Part shown: piece by piece, positions 50,791-61,957 of the stretch
Layout: each line of letters starts with the position of its first letter
Position numbering within the stretch: the first letter of the stretch is position 1
DNA from: Methylococcaceae bacterium
Lineage (GTDB): Bacteria; Pseudomonadota; Gammaproteobacteria; Methylococcales; Methylomonadaceae
Assembly (NCBI GenBank): GCA_012965425.1
Contig: DTSI01000155.1
Coordinates: 55,157-119,156, forward strand
Reading direction: 5' to 3'
DNA length: 64,000 nt
Notes under the pieces: model-generated
What the model saw: only the letters and a program-made list of their open reading frames with translations
Databases searched by the model: none
Told to the model about the DNA's origin: nothing
Made by a program: the position numbers and the translations under genes

Positions 50791-51827
50791 ACATGCCATT
50801 CTTTAGGTATTTCTGTACTCAATAGCGGTTTAACCAAAAATTGTTTTTCCTCACCCTGTTGCATCATTTTGACTTCAACTTGTTCAGCCTCTCGACCTTG
50901 ACTATAACGCGCCGTTATCTTCGCTGCCAACAAAGAATCTTCCTCCGAAAGAACACCATCAATTAATACCAATGGACCCGGGTGACTCACCGTTGTCATC
51001 GTTCGAAAAATATTTTTATAGCCCTGTAAAAAGTTATTTTCACCTTCTTCTCGAGCAATAATCATTTTAAAATGAGGCTGTGGTCGTAGATGACGACCTA
51101 CCTTCAACAGCATTACATCGTCTAACTCATACTCTTTCTTCCCTCTTGCCGTCCATAAATCAACCAATTTATTGGAATAGCTTTTATCTGTTAAAAAGCA
51201 ACACCCACCGGCGGGTTGCGCGTAATCCGTAAAGCCATATTTTTCTGCCAAGGCCATTTGAGGCTTTCGCGTACGACCGCTAAAGTCATATAACTCTTCT
51301 CGATTAACCCAGCCTTCTTTCTCAGGCAACGTTTCAGGTAAGTTTTTGGCACACAGTGGTCTTAACAACCGCTCGTTTGCTCCTGACTCTCTGGCAATAA
51401 CCGGCATGGTGTCTTTTCGTTGAGACATCGGCCGTTGCCCTATCACTTCACCGGTAATGATAAAATCAAAATCATTCTCTTGTATCCACTGCTGGGCCTT
51501 TTGCACCATGAAAACCTTACAGTCCAAACAAGGGTTTAAATTTGCGCCATAACCATGCTTTGGATTTATTAACACATTTTTGTATTCCTCAATAACATCA
51601 ACAATGTGCAGTTTTATCCCTAGTTGTTCAGCAACCCATAATGAATTATTACGCTTTGGCTTGGCTTTATCTTTTTTCCGGATAGCATGTGTATGACCCT
51701 CGACACAAAAACCGGTAAAAAAATTTATCCCCTCAACATGAACCCCTTGCTCCATTACCGCTTTTGTAGCCAACATTGAATCCAGACCACCAGATATAAG
51801 AGAAACAGCTTTCCTCTGTTTTGTCAT
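50787..51827 (-). CDS. stand-alone PP-loop ATP pyrophosphatase, ThiI/tRNA-thiolation-like
   Basis: PP-loop SLISGGLDS, ThiI-like TGEVIGQRPMSQ, and conserved Cys motifs NPCLDC and GGCCF. ATG 51827 (MTKQRKAV...) is preferred; the track start is 51857. Confidence 0.7.
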   Translation of the reverse strand: MTKQRKAVSLISGGLDSMLATKAVMEQGVHVEGINFFTGFCVEGHTHAIRKKDKAKPKRNNSLWVAEQLGIKLHIVDVIEEYKNVLINPKHGYGANLNPCLDCKVFMVQKAQQWIQENDFDFIITGEVIGQRPMSQRKDTMPVIARESGANERLLRPLCAKNLPETLPEKEGWVNREELYDFSGRTRKPQMALAEKYGFTDYAQPAGGCCFLTDKSYSNKLVDLWTARGKKEYELDDVMLLKVGRHLRPQPHFKMIIAREEGENNFLQGYKNIFRTMTTVSHPGPLVLIDGVLSEEDSLLAAKITARYSQGREAEQVEVKMMQQGEEKQFLVKPLLSTEIPKEWHV

Positions 51828-52056
51828 TGTTCTTTTATGCTTTAAAAAAAAGTTCATTATACGTTATCTATTCCCTATAAAGCTAACAGACGCCCCTATC
51901 ATCATTGCTATTCATTGCGCTATTAAGCTCCTTTTTAATATGCAAGATAAGTACTTAATTTTAAACAGCCTTCTTAATAGGACTTCTGAGCACCTCAACA
52001 AACAACTCTTATTCAAAATTTAAGTTATAATAAAAGTTTTTATCGCCTAAAAAGCC

Positions 52057-52980
52057 GTGTCAAGTAACCATAATAAACCCACAACATTTCAAGATCTGAT
52101 TCTTGCTCTGCAATCCTTTTGGTCTCAACAAGGCTGTACTATTTTACAACCTCTCGACATGGAAGTTGGTGCCGGTACCTTTCACCCCGGAACCTTTCTT
52201 CGCGCCATCGGCCCTGAACCTTGGCGTTCAGCCTATGTACAGCCTTCACGTCGCCCAACTGACGGGCGCTTTGGGGAAAACCCAAACCGATTACAGCATT
52301 ATTATCAATTTCAGGTAGTCTTAAAACCCTCTCCCGATAACATTCAAGAACTCTATTTAGACTCCTTACGTTACCTAGGTCTCGACTTACTTGAACACGA
52401 CATTCGTTTTGTAGAAGACAACTGGGAATCCCCCACCTTGGGTGCGTGGGGTTTAGGCTGGGAAGTCTGGCTCAATGGCATGGAGGTCACCCAATTCACC
52501 TATTTCCAACAAGTCGGCAGCCTAGATTGCCGGCCTGTAACGGGTGAAATCACCTATGGCCTTGAACGTATTGCGATGTACCTTCAAAATGTACAGAGCG
52601 TTTACGACCTGACTTGGAACACTAATGCCCAAGGCCGCATCAGCTACGGTGACATTTTCCACCAAAACGAAGTTGAAATGTCACATTTTAACTTCACCCA
52701 TGCCAACACTGATTTTCTCTTCTCCTGTTTTGACAACTATGAACAGGAATGCAAAAAACTCATTGACCAGAAGCTCTCGCTACCGGCTTATGAAATGATC
52801 CTGAAAGCATCCCATGCTTTTAACCTCTTAGATGCACGTCATGCAATCTCTGTGACAGAACGACAACGTTACATTCTGCGCGTCAGAGAAATGTCAAAGG
52901 CCGTTGCCGAAAACTATTATCAAGGGAGAGAAGCCTTAGGATTCCCCATGCTTAATAACAAGAAGACACAAAATGACTGA
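52057..52980 (+). CDS. glyQ: glycine--tRNA ligase alpha subunit
   Basis: 307 aa with a GTG start. [17 protein letters not shown] is the typical GlyQ N-terminus. Confidence 0.97.
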   Translation: MSSNHNKPTTFQDLILALQSFWSQQGCTILQPLDMEVGAGTFHPGTFLRAIGPEPWRSAYVQPSRRPTDGRFGENPNRLQHYYQFQVVLKPSPDNIQELYLDSLRYLGLDLLEHDIRFVEDNWESPTLGAWGLGWEVWLNGMEVTQFTYFQQVGSLDCRPVTGEITYGLERIAMYLQNVQSVYDLTWNTNAQGRISYGDIFHQNEVEMSHFNFTHANTDFLFSCFDNYEQECKKLIDQKLSLPAYEMILKASHAFNLLDARHAISVTERQRYILRVREMSKAVAENYYQGREALGFPMLNNKKTQND

Positions 52981-55039
52981 TAACAGACCCTTACTTTTTG
53001 AACTCGGCACAGAAGAATTACCCCCTAAAACCTTATTAACATTAAGCAATGCCTTATTAGCTAATATTACGCAAGCGTTATCAGAAGCTGAGTTAACTTT
53101 TGGCCAAACAAGCACTTTTGCTACCCCTCGCCGGTTAGCCGTTTTAATTGAAGATATTATTGTTCAACAACCTGATAAAACCATCGAAAAACGCGGACCC
53201 GCCATTAAAACCGCTTTCGATTCTGAAGGCAATCCAAGCCGGGCAGCCCTTGGCTTTGCTACCAGTTGTGGAACAACGGTCGAACAATTATCCCGATTAA
53301 AAACCGATAAAGGCGAATGGTTATCTTTTAATCAAGAGTTCAAAGGCCAACCCGCCACTGTTTTAATTCCAGAAATCATCAACCTCAGCCTTAAAAAATT
53401 ACCTATTGCCAAACGAATGCGCTGGGGTGATTTAACCACGGAGTTTGTCCGCCCGGTCCATTGGGCCGTATTACTCTTTGGCACTGAACCCTTAAGCTGT
53501 GAAATTTTAGGCGTTAAAGCCGGTCAACAAACCTTTGGCCACCGTTTCCATGCGCCGGAGGCTATTCTTTTGAATCACCCTTCAGATTACCAGCGTAAAC
53601 TACTTGAGGACGGTTACGTTATTGCTGATTTTGAACAACGTAAACAAGTCATCCATACCGCAACCCTTCAAGCTGCAGACAACGTTGGCGGCACAGCAGT
53701 CATCAACGAAGCTCTACTCGAAGAAATTACAGCTCTCAATGAGTGGCCTGTCCCGATCACTGGAAACTTTGACCCACGCTTCTTAAAACTGCCCGCAGAA
53801 GTACTGATTACTACGATGCAAGTTAATCAAAAATACTTTGCAGTCACCGATAGTAACAAGAAATTATTACCTAACTTTATCACTTTCAGTAATATTGAAA
53901 GCACCAACCCTCAAGCTATTAAAGAAGGCAATGAAAGAGTCATTCTACCGCGCTTAGGTGATGCTGAATTTTTCTGGAAACAAGATCGTCATTCGAAATT
54001 ATCGGAGCGCACACCAGATCTAGCTACTATTATTTTTCAAAAAACACTCGGCACATTGCTGGACAAGACTCAGCGATTAGTAGCCTTAGCAGCGTACTTA
54101 TCAACAACACTTGAAATCGCGCCGGAACACAACTGCCGCGCTGCGCTGTTAGCCAAAACAGACCTGATTACCGAAATGGTTGGTGAGTTTCCTAGCCTTC
54201 AAGGCGTCATGGGACGTTATTACGCCTTAGCTGATAACGAGCCTAATGAAGTCGCTCAAGCTCTCGAAGAACAATACTTCCCCAAACAATCCGGAAGCCC
54301 AACACCTGAAAGCCAAACCGGTCAAATACTCGCTCTCGCTGATAAAACAGATACCCTCGTGGGGATTTTTAGTGCCGGCCTCATTCCGACCGGCGATAAA
54401 GACCCGTATGCCTTAAGACGTGCAACACTGGGAATTATCCGCATTATTATTGAGAAACGTCTTAACATTAATATCGCTGAATTGATTAGTTTCAGTCTTA
54501 ACCAATTTACCCATAACTTTGACCGTGAACTCACAGAACAAAAAATAACCACCTTTATCTATGAACGGCTTAAAGGCTATACCCTTGATCATGGCTTTAC
54601 TTTTGACCAATTTGAATCCGTCCTGACCGTCGCCCCTGAAAACTTATTAGATTTCTTTTTAAGACTACAAGCCGTTCGCGACTTCCGTGAACTTCCCGAA
54701 TCAAACAGCTTATCTGAAGCCAACAAACGCATCAAAAATATATTACGAAAATCTGAAACCTCACCTCATTCTACCATTGAGAACCTCGTTGCAGAACAAG
54801 AACTAAATTTACTAACAGCGACTCTCGCTGCAGAAAAAGACATCCAACCCTTAATTAAGGACAGCAATTATACAGCTGCATTAAATCGCTTGGCCCAACT
54901 CAAAGAAGATGTTGATTTATTTTTCGAGCACATCATGGTTAACTGTGACGACCTGTCTTTACGCACGAACCGACTAGCCTTATTATATAAAGTAGAAAAT
55001 TTGTTTCTGAAAATTGCTGATATTTCAAAATTACAATAG
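52973..55039 (+). CDS. glyS: glycine--tRNA ligase beta subunit
   Basis: 688 aa. [14 protein letters not shown]-terminus. Overlaps the glyQ stop. Confidence 0.97.
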   Translation: MTDNRPLLFELGTEELPPKTLLTLSNALLANITQALSEAELTFGQTSTFATPRRLAVLIEDIIVQQPDKTIEKRGPAIKTAFDSEGNPSRAALGFATSCGTTVEQLSRLKTDKGEWLSFNQEFKGQPATVLIPEIINLSLKKLPIAKRMRWGDLTTEFVRPVHWAVLLFGTEPLSCEILGVKAGQQTFGHRFHAPEAILLNHPSDYQRKLLEDGYVIADFEQRKQVIHTATLQAADNVGGTAVINEALLEEITALNEWPVPITGNFDPRFLKLPAEVLITTMQVNQKYFAVTDSNKKLLPNFITFSNIESTNPQAIKEGNERVILPRLGDAEFFWKQDRHSKLSERTPDLATIIFQKTLGTLLDKTQRLVALAAYLSTTLEIAPEHNCRAALLAKTDLITEMVGEFPSLQGVMGRYYALADNEPNEVAQALEEQYFPKQSGSPTPESQTGQILALADKTDTLVGIFSAGLIPTGDKDPYALRRATLGIIRIIIEKRLNINIAELISFSLNQFTHNFDRELTEQKITTFIYERLKGYTLDHGFTFDQFESVLTVAPENLLDFFLRLQAVRDFRELPESNSLSEANKRIKNILRKSETSPHSTIENLVAEQELNLLTATLAAEKDIQPLIKDSNYTAALNRLAQLKEDVDLFFEHIMVNCDDLSLRTNRLALLYKVENLFLKIADISKLQ

Positions 55040-55581
55040 TGCCTGCCCAAAAATTTATTTTATTAGACCGTGATGGCGTCATCAATCATGATTCTGATAA
55101 TTATATTAAATCTACTACCCAATGGCGGCCTATAAACCGAAGTATTGAGGCCATTGCCTTACTTAATTTGCACGGCTACAAAGTAATTGTCATCACCAAT
55201 CAATCGGGACTGGCACACGGCTATTTTGATACCGCAACACTCATGGAAATGCACGAAAAAATGAATACCTTGGTCAAACAGCAAGGCGGAGAAATAGAAG
55301 CCATTTATTACTGCCCTCACAAACCTGAAGATCACTGTAATTGTCGAAAGCCCAAACCTGGGTTATTAATACAATGCAGTGAAGATTATGATTTTCAATT
55401 AAAAGAAACTTTTTTTATTGGTGACAAACTAAGTGATATTCAAGCTGCTCAATCTGCAGGTGCTACCCCACTTTTAGTTAAAACAGGCAAAGGCCTCAGA
55501 ACCCTAGCCAACAACCCTACCCTTACGATTAACATTTTTAATGACCTTTATGACTGCACCCAATTCATCATTTCAAGGTAA
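55039..55581 (+). CDS. gmhB: D-glycero-beta-D-manno-heptose 1,7-bisphosphate 7-phosphatase
   Basis: 180 aa with a GTG start. HAD motif LLDRDGVIN and zinc motif CPHKPEDHCNCRKPKPG. Confidence 0.9.
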   Translation: MPAQKFILLDRDGVINHDSDNYIKSTTQWRPINRSIEAIALLNLHGYKVIVITNQSGLAHGYFDTATLMEMHEKMNTLVKQQGGEIEAIYYCPHKPEDHCNCRKPKPGLLIQCSEDYDFQLKETFFIGDKLSDIQAAQSAGATPLLVKTGKGLRTLANNPTLTINIFNDLYDCTQFIISR

Positions 55582-56311
55582 TATACCGCTGCTTTATATA
55601 CGGTCAACAGTATTATTTCTTTGTGTCCTGTGTTTAACACTTTCTATGGGAATTATCATACTGACACTCGCGCCCTTCCCTTTTCGAATCCGCTATAAAC
55701 TGGCGCATTTCTGGGCAACCACGGTGCTGTGGCTAACCAAATTAATCTGTCAATTAGATTACACCATTGAGGGCTTGGAAAATATCTCTGAAAACCAAAA
55801 CGCAATTATTTTATGCAAACACCAGTCAGCCTGGGAAACTATCGCCTTATATGCGATTTTTCCTCCTCAAGTGACCGTTCTAAAACGGGAATTACTTTGG
55901 CTACCCATTTGGGGCTGGGCCGCTGCGACATTAAAACCTATTGCGCTTAACCGTAATAATCAGCTCTCAGCACTAAAAAAATTAATACGTGACGGAAAAA
56001 CAAGACTCAATGAAGGATTATGGATTCTTATCTTTCCAGAAGGCACCCGAACAAAACCCGGAGAGCCCACAAAATTCAATCTGGGCGGCTGTTTACTGGC
56101 CGAAAAAAGTCAGCACCCAATCATACCCGTCGCCCATAATGCCGGAGAATTCTGGCCACGCTACAGTTTCTTAAAATACCCAGGAACAATTACCGTTCGT
56201 ATAGGACCCCTTATTCCCAGTGAAGGTAGAAAGGCCGTTGAACTAAATTATGAAGCTGAAGCTTGGGTTGAAGCTGCAATGAAAGATATTCACCTTACAA
56301 ACAATCCATGA
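55541..56311 (+). CDS. plsC: 1-acyl-sn-glycerol-3-phosphate acyltransferase
   Basis: 256 aa. Acyltransferase blocks CKHQSAWE and IFPEGTRTKPGE. The start (55541 or 55550) overlaps the gmhB 3' end. Confidence 0.85.
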   Translation: MTFMTAPNSSFQGNIPLLYIRSTVLFLCVLCLTLSMGIIILTLAPFPFRIRYKLAHFWATTVLWLTKLICQLDYTIEGLENISENQNAIILCKHQSAWETIALYAIFPPQVTVLKRELLWLPIWGWAAATLKPIALNRNNQLSALKKLIRDGKTRLNEGLWILIFPEGTRTKPGEPTKFNLGGCLLAEKSQHPIIPVAHNAGEFWPRYSFLKYPGTITVRIGPLIPSEGRKAVELNYEAEAWVEAAMKDIHLTNNP

Positions 56312-56393
56312 TCTTCTAAAATAACACGTTACAGAGCAACAAGATAAATTAGCCATTAAAAAGGCTTATACTTTGAAGTATAATTGACAGATT

Positions 56394-56864
56394 ATGCCAA
56401 CTATATTTAAAAAAATCCTTATGAAACAATTCACCCTCGTGTTTTTTTGCGCACTACTACTAACCGGCTGTAATGATGAAAAAAACCAATACCAAGAATA
56501 CGTTTTTAATCTGATGAAAAGTGATCAAGACCTGATTGATTATTCACTAGACCCCGATGAAACCACACAGTGTATTGTTGATACAAGTGGCAAAAAGATG
56601 CCCGGACTTTTTTCATGGGATCCTAGACGTGCGCCTATCTATATGGGCTATACTGATCTGATTAAATTCAAATTATACGTTAGCGAGCTTTCTGGACATG
56701 CTGCAGAGAAAGATGATCCTAATAAAAAATTAAGCACACTGAGAGAAACCTTTGGTTCAGCACAAGCCCTAGCCGATGCCCATCGCAATTTTAGCGAAAG
56801 CGTTTTAGCTTGCTTTGAGTCACTTACGTCTAAAACTGATCCTGATAACGAAAGACTTTTATAA
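56394..56864 (+). CDS. hypothetical lipoprotein
   Basis: Lipobox LLLTGC|N. An alternative start at 56421 (MKQFTLVFFCALLLTGC) gives a textbook lipoprotein signal peptide. No other homology recognised. Confidence 0.6.
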   Translation: MPTIFKKILMKQFTLVFFCALLLTGCNDEKNQYQEYVFNLMKSDQDLIDYSLDPDETTQCIVDTSGKKMPGLFSWDPRRAPIYMGYTDLIKFKLYVSELSGHAAEKDDPNKKLSTLRETFGSAQALADAHRNFSESVLACFESLTSKTDPDNERLL

Positions 56865-56878
56865 ACAAACCTCATCCT

Positions 56879-56909
56879 GTACCAGAAGACTCATTCTGTC
56901 TTCTGGTAC
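56879..56909. terminator. hairpin between the convergent lipoprotein and glutaredoxin-like genes
   Basis: Perfect 12-bp stem gtaccagaagac / gtcttctggtac with a 7-nt loop. There is no clear U-tract. Confidence 0.5.
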
Positions 56910-56984
56910 ATTCTCAAATAACAATTATCGAAATTGATAAAATAAAACCCAAGCCAGTTTTGTTATAGCTAGACCAAGAACACC

Positions 56985-57242
56985 TCAATCCAGTACTTCT
57001 TTGATAAACAACAGCACTTGCGCTTTATCAAAAGGCCACTGTAGCTCTTTTCCTGAATCAAAATGACAAAGCACTGGAATTCTCAACTCATAAGAAGCTA
57101 AATACTGAGACTCCTCAGCGATGTCAATTTTAATAAACGCTAACTCGCCGGAGAACTGACATAATGCTGATAAAACTAATTCCTCAGCCTGCTCACATAA
57201 ATGACAGCTCTCAGTTCCCAGTAAAACCAATGTAAAAGACAT
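56985..57242 (-). CDS. glutaredoxin/thioredoxin-like small protein (DUF836-type)
   Basis: 85 aa. N-terminal LLGTESCHLCEQAEE (CxxC) in a thioredoxin-fold context, and IPVL. Confidence 0.7.
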   Translation of the reverse strand: MSFTLVLLGTESCHLCEQAEELVLSALCQFSGELAFIKIDIAEESQYLASYELRIPVLCHFDSGKELQWPFDKAQVLLFIKEVLD

Positions 57243-57256
57243 AGCATATTTACGAA

Positions 57257-60200
57257 TTAATCTTGAAGATTAGGCGCCAACCATCGCCTTGCTTCCTCAA
57301 CAGACCATCCTTTTCTGTTTGCATAATCAGTCAACTGGTCCATCGTTATTTTCCCGACATTAAAATACCGCGCATCAGCATGTGCCAAATACCAGCCACT
57401 TACCGCTGCAGTTGGGTACATCGCATAACTTTCAGTTAATTCAATCCCGGTATTTTCCGTAGCTGATAACAAACTAAAAAGCTTATCTTTTTCAGTATGA
57501 TCCGGGCACGCAGGATACCCCGGAGCTGGCCGGATACCATCATAGGACTCATGAATGAGGGCTTGATTATCAAGCACCTCATGACTGTTATAACCCCAAT
57601 AATTCCTTCCAGCTTTGAGCATAATCGCACTATAGTCATCATGTTGACTTTCAAACTCAGCCAATTTTACTTCTATGCCAATGCCCGCAGTCACAGCAAA
57701 TGCTCCCATATAATCATTATGACTGGCTTCAACAGGCAATAAAAAGTCAGCTAAACAATAATTCGCTTTACCCGGCACCTTGCTGTTTTGTTGACGCAAA
57801 TGACACAACGTTTCACGTATGGACGACCGTTGTTCATCCTCATAAATCACAATATCATCACTTTGACTATGTGCTGGATAGAACCCTATAACCGCTTTCG
57901 CAGATAACCATTTTTCAGCAATAATTAATTCCAACATTTCAAAAGCATCTTGAAATAGAGCCTTCGCATGCTCACCGACTACGCTATCTTCTAAAATGGC
58001 CGGATAGCTTCCGGCTAATTCCCATGTTTGAAAAAATGGCGACCAATCTATAAATTCAACCAGTGTTTCTAACGGAACGTTATCAAATACTCTATTACCC
58101 AAAAATGATGGCCGGTGTGGCTCACTATTGTTAACCTCAAATTTATTAGCCCTTGCATCAACCATAGCAAGTAATGTACTTTTTGATTTCCGCCCCTTGT
58201 GACGATCTCTGACCTGTTGATATTCTGCGCGAATACCTTTAACAAAGGTCTCTTTTTTAGTCTCACTTAATAAGTTATTTGCAACCCCAACAGCCCGCGA
58301 TGCATCCGCAACATATACGGTAGGGCCATGATAATTATGCTCAATTTTAACAGCCGTATGGACTCGTGAGGTTGTTGCGCCACCGATCATTATTGGAACT
58401 TCAAAACCCAAGCGCTCCATTTCCTTAGCAACGTAGACCATTTCATCGAGCGAGGGCGTTATTAGTCCACTTAACCCGATAATATCAACATTTTCTTCCT
58501 TTGCCCGCTGCAAAATAGTACTGGCTGGCACCATCACACCCAAATCAATCACTTCATAGCTATTACACTGTAAAACCACACCCACAATATTTTTACCAAT
58601 ATCATGAACATCGCCTTTCACTGTAGCCATCAAAATTTTACCGTTGCTGTCAATCTTCCCTGACTTTTCCTTTTCCATAAAAGGCATCAAATAAGCCACT
58701 GCTTTTTTCATAACCCTTGCTGATTTAACGACTTGTGGCAAAAACATTTTGCCTGCACCAAATAAGTCACCCACTTCGTTCATGCCATCCATCAGTGGAC
58801 CTTCAATCACATTCAATGACAAATCAAAGCCCTGGCGCGCTTCCTCCGCATCCTCTTCAATATATTCGGTCATTCCTTTAACCAACGCATACGCGATCCG
58901 TTTATTGACTGGCTCATTCCGCCACCTTAAATCTTCTTTCTTTACACCGGTACTACTGCCACCTATAAATTGTTCAGCAAGCGCTAATAATTGCTCAGTA
59001 GCATCGGCATGCTTATTCAGCACAACATCTTCCACGGCCGCTTTTAATTCTTTTGGAATATCATCATAAACGGCTAACTGGCCAGCATTAACAATCCCCA
59101 TATCCATACCCGCTTTAACCGCATAGTATAAGAAAACCGCATGTATTGCTTCTCTAACCGGCTCATTACCACGAAAAGAAAATGACACATTAGAAACCCC
59201 GCCCGAAATTAACGCATGCGGCAAAGTTGACTTGATTTCACGTATCGCCTCAATAAAATCCACACCGTAATTATTATGCTCATCAATTCCAGTGGCAATA
59301 GCAAAAATATTAGGATCAAAAATAATATCCTCAGCAGGAAAACCAACTTCTTCTGTTAAGATTTTATAAGCTCTGCGACAAATCTCAACTTTTCGTTCTT
59401 GGGTATCTGCCTGTCCGACTTCATCAAAAGCCATAACAATAGCAGCGGCACCGTAGCGTTTAATTAACTGAGCCTGATGCTTAAAGATTGCTTCACCCTC
59501 TTTAAGAGAGATAGAATTAACAATTCCTTTTCCTTGAATACACTTGAGCCCAGCTTCAATAATGTCCCACTTAGAAGAGTCAATCATCACTGGAACTCTT
59601 GAAATATCTGGCTCGGAAGCAACCATCAATAAAAACCTGACCATTGCCTCCTTTGATTCCAACATCCCCTCATCCATGTTGATATCAATAATCTGTGCAC
59701 CATTAACAACCTGCTGTCTGGCTACATCTAAGGCAGCCTCATAATCTTCTTCAACAATTAACCGCTTAAAACGTGCCGAACCCGTAATGTTAGTCCTTTC
59801 ACCGACATTAACAAACAACGACTCCGAACCAATAGTAAATGGCTCTAAACCGGACAGGCGACATTTTTTCTCTAGGGTTGGTATTTTTCGAGGTGGGTGT
59901 TTTTCTACCGCCTTGATAATGGCGTTAATATGCGCCGGTGATGTTCCACAACAGCCACCAATTATATTGATATAGCCACTTTTAGCCCAATCATCTAACT
60001 CGGTCGCCATTGCTTCGGGCAATTCATCATATTCACCAAATTCATTGGGCAAACCCGCATTAGGGTGTGCTGAAACATTAGTTTCAGCCAGTGCACTTAA
60101 TTCTTCCACATATTGGCGTAATTCACCCGCACCTAAGGCGCAATTAAAACCAATTGATATCGGTTGAATATGACGAACTGAATTCCAAAAAGCTTCCACC

Positions 60201-60880
60201 GTCTGCCCAGATAACGTTCTACCCGACGCATCCGTAATAGTGCCGGAAATCATAACCGGGTATCGGGTGTTGCTATTCTCAAAATACTGATCAATAGCAA
60301 AAAGTGCCGCCTTCGCATTAAGGGTATCAAAAATAGTCTCAACTAATAAAATATCTGCACCGCCATCAATAAGCCCGGTTATCGCTTCCGTGTATGCTAT
60401 AACCAAACTATCAAAGCTAACATTTCTAAATCCAGGATCATTCACATCGGGAGAGATGGACGCTGTTCGATTAGTCGGGCCTAAAACTCCGGCTACAAAC
60501 CGCGGTTTTTCTGGCGTCGCCCTTGTCACTTCATCGGCAACTTGTCTTGCTATTTGTGCAGACACACAGTTTAATTCATACGCCAATGACTCCATTTGAT
60601 AATCAGCCATTGCAATAGTTGTGGCATTAAACGTATTGGTTTCCACAATATCTGAACCGGCATCAAAATATGCCCGGTGAATGGCTTTGATAATATCAGG
60701 CTGAGTCAACGATAGAAGATCATTATTTCCCTTAAGATCACTGGACCAGTGAGCAAACTGCTCCCCCCGGTAATCGACTTCACTCAATTTATATTCCTGG
60801 ATCATGGTACCCATAGCACCGTCCAAAAATAAAATTCTTTTCGTTAATTGTTCAGTTAATAAATTCTGGCGACTGTTCAT
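57257..60880 (-). CDS. metH: cobalamin-dependent methionine synthase (with an internal deletion in the activation domain)
   Basis: 1207 aa, collinear with E. coli MetH across all four modules (GGCCGT, the B12-binding motif [12 protein letters not shown], and [16 protein letters not shown]). About 17 residues of a conserved helix are missing (see findings). Confidence 0.95.
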   Translation of the reverse strand: MNSRQNLLTEQLTKRILFLDGAMGTMIQEYKLSEVDYRGEQFAHWSSDLKGNNDLLSLTQPDIIKAIHRAYFDAGSDIVETNTFNATTIAMADYQMESLAYELNCVSAQIARQVADEVTRATPEKPRFVAGVLGPTNRTASISPDVNDPGFRNVSFDSLVIAYTEAITGLIDGGADILLVETIFDTLNAKAALFAIDQYFENSNTRYPVMISGTITDASGRTLSGQTVEAFWNSVRHIQPISIGFNCALGAGELRQYVEELSALAETNVSAHPNAGLPNEFGEYDELPEAMATELDDWAKSGYINIIGGCCGTSPAHINAIIKAVEKHPPRKIPTLEKKCRLSGLEPFTIGSESLFVNVGERTNITGSARFKRLIVEEDYEAALDVARQQVVNGAQIIDINMDEGMLESKEAMVRFLLMVASEPDISRVPVMIDSSKWDIIEAGLKCIQGKGIVNSISLKEGEAIFKHQAQLIKRYGAAAIVMAFDEVGQADTQERKVEICRRAYKILTEEVGFPAEDIIFDPNIFAIATGIDEHNNYGVDFIEAIREIKSTLPHALISGGVSNVSFSFRGNEPVREAIHAVFLYYAVKAGMDMGIVNAGQLAVYDDIPKELKAAVEDVVLNKHADATEQLLALAEQFIGGSSTGVKKEDLRWRNEPVNKRIAYALVKGMTEYIEEDAEEARQGFDLSLNVIEGPLMDGMNEVGDLFGAGKMFLPQVVKSARVMKKAVAYLMPFMEKEKSGKIDSNGKILMATVKGDVHDIGKNIVGVVLQCNSYEVIDLGVMVPASTILQRAKEENVDIIGLSGLITPSLDEMVYVAKEMERLGFEVPIMIGGATTSRVHTAVKIEHNYHGPTVYVADASRAVGVANNLLSETKKETFVKGIRAEYQQVRDRHKGRKSKSTLLAMVDARANKFEVNNSEPHRPSFLGNRVFDNVPLETLVEFIDWSPFFQTWELAGSYPAILEDSVVGEHAKALFQDAFEMLELIIAEKWLSAKAVIGFYPAHSQSDDIVIYEDEQRSSIRETLCHLRQQNSKVPGKANYCLADFLLPVEASHNDYMGAFAVTAGIGIEVKLAEFESQHDDYSAIMLKAGRNYWGYNSHEVLDNQALIHESYDGIRPAPGYPACPDHTEKDKLFSLLSATENTGIELTESYAMYPTAAVSGWYLAHADARYFNVGKITMDQLTDYANRKGWSVEEARRWLAPNLQD

Positions 60881-60943
60881 AAAATTGAATTTTATTTAAT
60901 AAATTTCTTTGCATAATGACCTAATGCAGCCCGCACATACAAG

Positions 60944-60968
60944 AAAGCCTAGGCTAGGCCTAGGCTTT
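60944..60968. terminator. perfect GC-rich hairpin downstream of the 61005-61478 gene and upstream of metH
   Basis: aaagcctaggc / tag / gcctaggcttt forms an 11-bp stem with a 3-nt loop. It contains two CCTAGG sites. The flanking T-tract is weak. Confidence 0.4.
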
Positions 60969-61004
60969 TAAACGCTAAGTATTACTTTTTAAAAAGCGTT
61001 ATTT

Positions 61005-61478
61005 TTACTCTGTACCTTTGTCCTTTTTCGAGGCATCAGTTGAATTATCTACGGCCTCTTCTCCCTTAGCACTAGGTGTTTCGCCCTCAACATTATCGAT
61101 TGAAGAAAGTGCACCCTTGAAAATATTCATATGACTGAACATCACTGAAGGCCCCAAGCCCCCTTTCAGTACAAATTTAGCTCGAATAACGGCTGCAACC
61201 AAAAAGCCAATCAAAGGTGCCGCTAACTCACGAAAAGCTGACCATAATCGATTGGTCAAATCTTTGGTCTGCATAGCTGCTAAATCAGCCTGATCAACTC
61301 CAGTATCGGAATTCTCGGTTAAAAACAAGAAGACATCGACTCGAATCCAGAGAAACTGAACTACAAAAAGAGATCCTGCTGCAATTGCAACCCATTTGAA
61401 TACCCCGCTAGAACCAGCCCGAACGGCAGCCTGATATGTCCAACAAGCCACATAAATTGTTAATAAACCACCTATCAT
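61005..61478 (-). CDS. hypothetical membrane protein (3 predicted TM segments, acidic/lysine-rich tail)
   Basis: 157 aa from ATG 61478, which has a purine-rich AGAGAGAGA run 4 nt upstream. Hydrophobic segments are GGLLTIYVACW, VAIAAGSLFVVQFLWI and LAAPLIGFLVAAVI. No homology recognised. Confidence 0.5.
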   Translation of the reverse strand: MIGGLLTIYVACWTYQAAVRAGSSGVFKWVAIAAGSLFVVQFLWIRVDVFLFLTENSDTGVDQADLAAMQTKDLTNRLWSAFRELAAPLIGFLVAAVIRAKFVLKGGLGPSVMFSHMNIFKGALSSIDNVEGETPSAKGEEAVDNSTDASKKDKGTE

Positions 61479-61678
61479 AATTCTCTCTCTTGTTATTTTG
61501 TTAATACAGATGAACAATCAATCCGTTAAAAATTAATCTTACCCTATAGACAAGGTACAACGACATTATACATCATAATACTTTAACTTTATTACTGACA
61601 ATTTCAATATTTATTGCTTTTTACAAGTAAACCATCAACCCAACGATGTGGCCCCATCATTTACAAATAAAAAAATCA

Positions 61679-61707
61679 TTGCCTAACTTTTATCTATTTG
61701 TTATAAT
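61679..61707 (+). promoter_or_regulatory. near-consensus sigma70 promoter for the micro-ORF
   Basis: TTGCCT (61679-61684), a 17-nt spacer, then TATAAT (61702-61707) preceded by an extended -10 TG (61699-61700). Confidence 0.6.
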
Positions 61708-61766
61708 AAGAAGTTCTATATGCTAATGCATTTTCAAATTTTTTTATTTTTTTTGGAGGATCCTCG

Positions 61767-61898
61767 ATGGGATTTATTCTTGATATGACCGAAACGTTAA
61801 AAACACCAGCTGGTATGATTGGTATTGTTGTACTTGGTGGCATAATTTATTTCTGGTACAAGTGGATGATGGCTCCACAAGACGGAGATGAAGACTAA
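61767..61898 (+). CDS. 43-aa single-pass membrane micro-protein (not in the ORF track)
   Basis: GGAGGA (61755-61760) lies 6 nt upstream of the ATG. Product is MGFILDMTETLKTPAGMIGIVVLGGIIYFWYKWMMAPQDGDED*. It has its own promoter and terminator. Confidence 0.55.
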   Translation: MGFILDMTETLKTPAGMIGIVVLGGIIYFWYKWMMAPQDGDED

Positions 61899-61957
61899 TA
61901 TAGATGTTTTATATCTATAGAGACTGAGCCTCAAGCTCAAGTCTGACTAGTTAAAAT

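Noticed and set aside
60881-61004. Possible cobalamin riboswitch in the metH 5' region
   Set aside because: The spacer is only ~120 nt and is occupied by a perfect terminator-like palindrome. I could find no B12-box-like element. As I recall, B12 riboswitches usually control metE or btuB rather than metH.
61720-61788. 22-codon ORF (MLMHFQIFLFFLEDPRWDLFLI*) overlapping the SD and start of the 43-aa micro-ORF
   Set aside because: It has no SD and runs through the T-rich spacer. It is out of frame with the much better-supported ORF at 61767 and is probably fortuitous.
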